DNA of 64,000 nt, from the NCBI GenBank assembly GCA_973895155.1, contig OZ316894.1, positions 1,216,953 through 1,280,952 on the forward strand, given 5' to 3'. Under the pieces are notes generated by a model. It was not told the origin of the DNA, made no database searches, and saw only the letters and a program-made list of their open reading frames with translations. Shown in pieces: positions 61,328 to 64,000 of this stretch (its first letter is position 1; each line of letters opens with the position of its first letter). The position numbers and the translations under genes are program-made. Source of the DNA: Marsupella aquatica. Taxonomy: Eukaryota > Plantae > Marchantiophyta.

Positions 61328-64000
61328 CCACTATATACTAAAAGTCATAGATTGATCTATGACTGAGTGAGCTCACATCCTGATCATTCAATTCTGGAAA
61401 TCCCAATTCAGTTTTCAAAAGAGGCCCTAACTACCAGTCTTTTTACAAACTGTGCCTACACTCTCAAACTCGATGACAAACTTGTATTTACAGTATATTT
61501 AAAGAAAATAAAGGCACCGGTATTCATAGTTATGGGTGAATTGTCATCAACCTTGAAATTTGATAACAAGATTAGAATTAGCAATGTTCAATGAAAAGGA
61601 ATTGTGATCAATTATGTCTAGATTTGTAATTGAACCATTGTTGATCCTTTAGCCCAATCACAAATTGAGTCAGTGTAAGTAGAAATTAAGGGGCTACAAA
61701 CACCAGGTGGTAACCACTATCCATGTAAAGTGGCAAATCAGGATGAACTTGGCCTTTCAAAAATAATCATGGAATTTAAGGAGTAGGGCCATATTCACTA
61801 TGAATTATAGGCTGTGATTGAGTTCATAATCGGATTGTAATTTTCGGGTCCAGTATATTGATTCAATCACTTCAATTTTTAAGTACAAAACCTTAGGCAA
61901 ATCACCTACTGTTTACAACATCATGTACCACACCTTAGTCTGCTAATGGTCCCTATCTCACATATTTCTTGAACAATCTTATTTGTAAAGCTCAAAGGGG
62001 AAGCTAGAGTCAGGGTCTATGGTTCTAGAGTGAAGGCTCTAGACCATGACTCTAGCTAGGGCCCAACCGAAGTATAATATGTGCACAAACATGATGGTAT
62101 ATTATGTATGACATGAATGGTTGTTTTCTATCGTTTGATTAATATGTTAAGAATGGGAATAGGGAACATATTTGGTTACATTTTATTGTCCTCTTACGTC
62201 GCTACTCACATTCAAAGAACGAGTACGTAGTCGGGGCTAGTTGATTGTCAATCACTTTTTAAACCTTTCTTTTGACTAGATTGTCTGAAAGACACAACCA
62301 CTAGAGTGGACTAGGAACTCTTTAGTTGTGGGCTTTCAATGATTTATCTTTAAGTGTTTTAAAGATGGACAAAGCTCAATGCATTAAATCTGGGCCAAAG
62401 CCAAGAGAGGGCAAAGCTCAACAAAGCTTTAAACCCTGAGAAGCAGCTGCAAAGATGCATCCATCCAAACAATACAAGACCTGAAAATTGCCCTAAAGGC
62501 AGAGAATAGCTTTCAATGCATGTTTGCAATGAATGTTTACAGTGAATGTTTAGTGACGATAATCTTAAATTCAATTCCTCAGCATTCCATGATGTATTCC
62601 AAGGCTTGATTAGGATGTAACTTGATCAAATGTTGATGTTTTGAGCATGAGTTTGAGCAAAACTCCCTCAAGGGTCCTTTTGATGAGGTTACAATAGTGA
62701 CCTTTATGATAATGGTCAAATTCAGGAATCCTATACTTAATTTATGGTGTAGATTAGTGGTGAGTACTCTTGTCTGGTACCATGAGTACAATTGTTAGAG
62801 GGGGTGGTGCCTTGCCTCCTAAATAAACCTAAGGAGCCCTCCTATTGCTTCATGCACCCATGCCTAATTAGTTGGCAAGAAAGTATAATTTTATGGTAAC
62901 TAGTTCCAATCTAAAACAACTGAAGTGGATTATCCAAGCACAAATTTTCTGTAAAAGAAGTGATGCCTTGGCCCTTGATTATAAACTAAAGTGGGTCTTG
63001 TTTTGCTTTGTGCTCTCTACTGTGCCTTGTCAATTTGTAATGACATGTGCCAGCTAACTTTAGACAACAAAAACTGAATGGGGTTGGTGCTATTTGGATG
63101 AAAAACCAAATAACAAACCCTCATATATGTGTTGTCTAAACACTATAACAGTAACTCCCACTCTTTATTTCCCATGGTCTTTTTATGAAATGTGGAAACC
63201 TTCATGGCCATTGGATTATTGTGAATGTTTTCCTAATCATGAGATGGGTCTATAATTGCCACTATGTACCTTAACTTTCCAACACTCAACCCATCATGTA
63301 CTCTCCTTGCAGCTTGCACACTCTTTGAAATTCACTTGCCATGCACTTACTTACGGTGGCTTTACAAAAGAAGTTGAGGGCAGTTTCCACATGTTTTGGT
63401 CTCCAAGATCTGATCAGGGACATCCATTTGAAAGGAACTTCTGTTGTTCACTTTACAAAACATTTGGGGCACTTTCAACCAAACTTCTTACCAATCCTAA
63501 ATGGAATGGAGTGGGGCTTAATTTTTGCTTAATATGTGGAGCACTCTTTTGTCCTAGATTTTAGACCACCTCTCTTGGAGGTCTCTTCTTCTGGCCCCTT
63601 GGTCCATTCCTATTTTAAGTCATTTGCATTCAAAAAAGGCACCCACAAGTCCATCATAAGTTCTTCTCTTGTCACATCTATCCAAAGAATATGTGACATT
63701 CAGGTGGAGTAGGTCCTCAATCTGTCTTTTAGCAAACTAATCTAGCACCACTGGCTGCACCTCCCTTTACAAGACCTTGGGAGCCATAAAAGGATTCCAA
63801 AAATGCTTACAACCCAGGACACTTTATTTTTGTGTGTGCAATTGCCCTCCAGTTTCCTTTGGCAAAACAACCTCCCAAGTGCCCCCAATGTCTTCTAAAG
63901 TCCTCCTTATGGTCCCTCTTAACATGCTCAAAAACACTTCAACTCAACATCACTTATTACCAACAATATTGTGCAATGCACAGACGTTGGCCTAGTTCCC

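Overview
This window is eukaryotic nuclear DNA from a land plant. The protein styles suggest an early-diverging lineage such as a bryophyte or lycophyte, but that is inference. It holds four intact spliced genes: a GID1-like/CXE carboxylesterase (+, 8906-12512), a GT-2-clade double-trihelix transcription factor (+, 35340-38955), TEL2 (-, 47673-54877) and a secreted LIP1-type triacylglycerol lipase (+, 57280-61327). A processed TAF13 pseudogene lies antisense inside the CXE intron. Intergenic DNA is a mosaic of MITEs, solo LTRs, decayed transposon coding relics and tandem repeats, including a ~13-copy two-variant satellite interrupted by a solo LTR. The most notable observations are two U12-type (minor spliceosome) introns in TEL2, uORFs created by tandem duplication in front of both TEL2 and the trihelix gene, a second full coiled-coil module in the trihelix protein, and an orphan leader-like region at ~42-43.8 kb with no recognisable CDS. 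I found no tRNA, rRNA or CRISPR array, and no multi-gene novel system that I can support with confidence. All gene models were read by eye and need RNA-seq confirmation.
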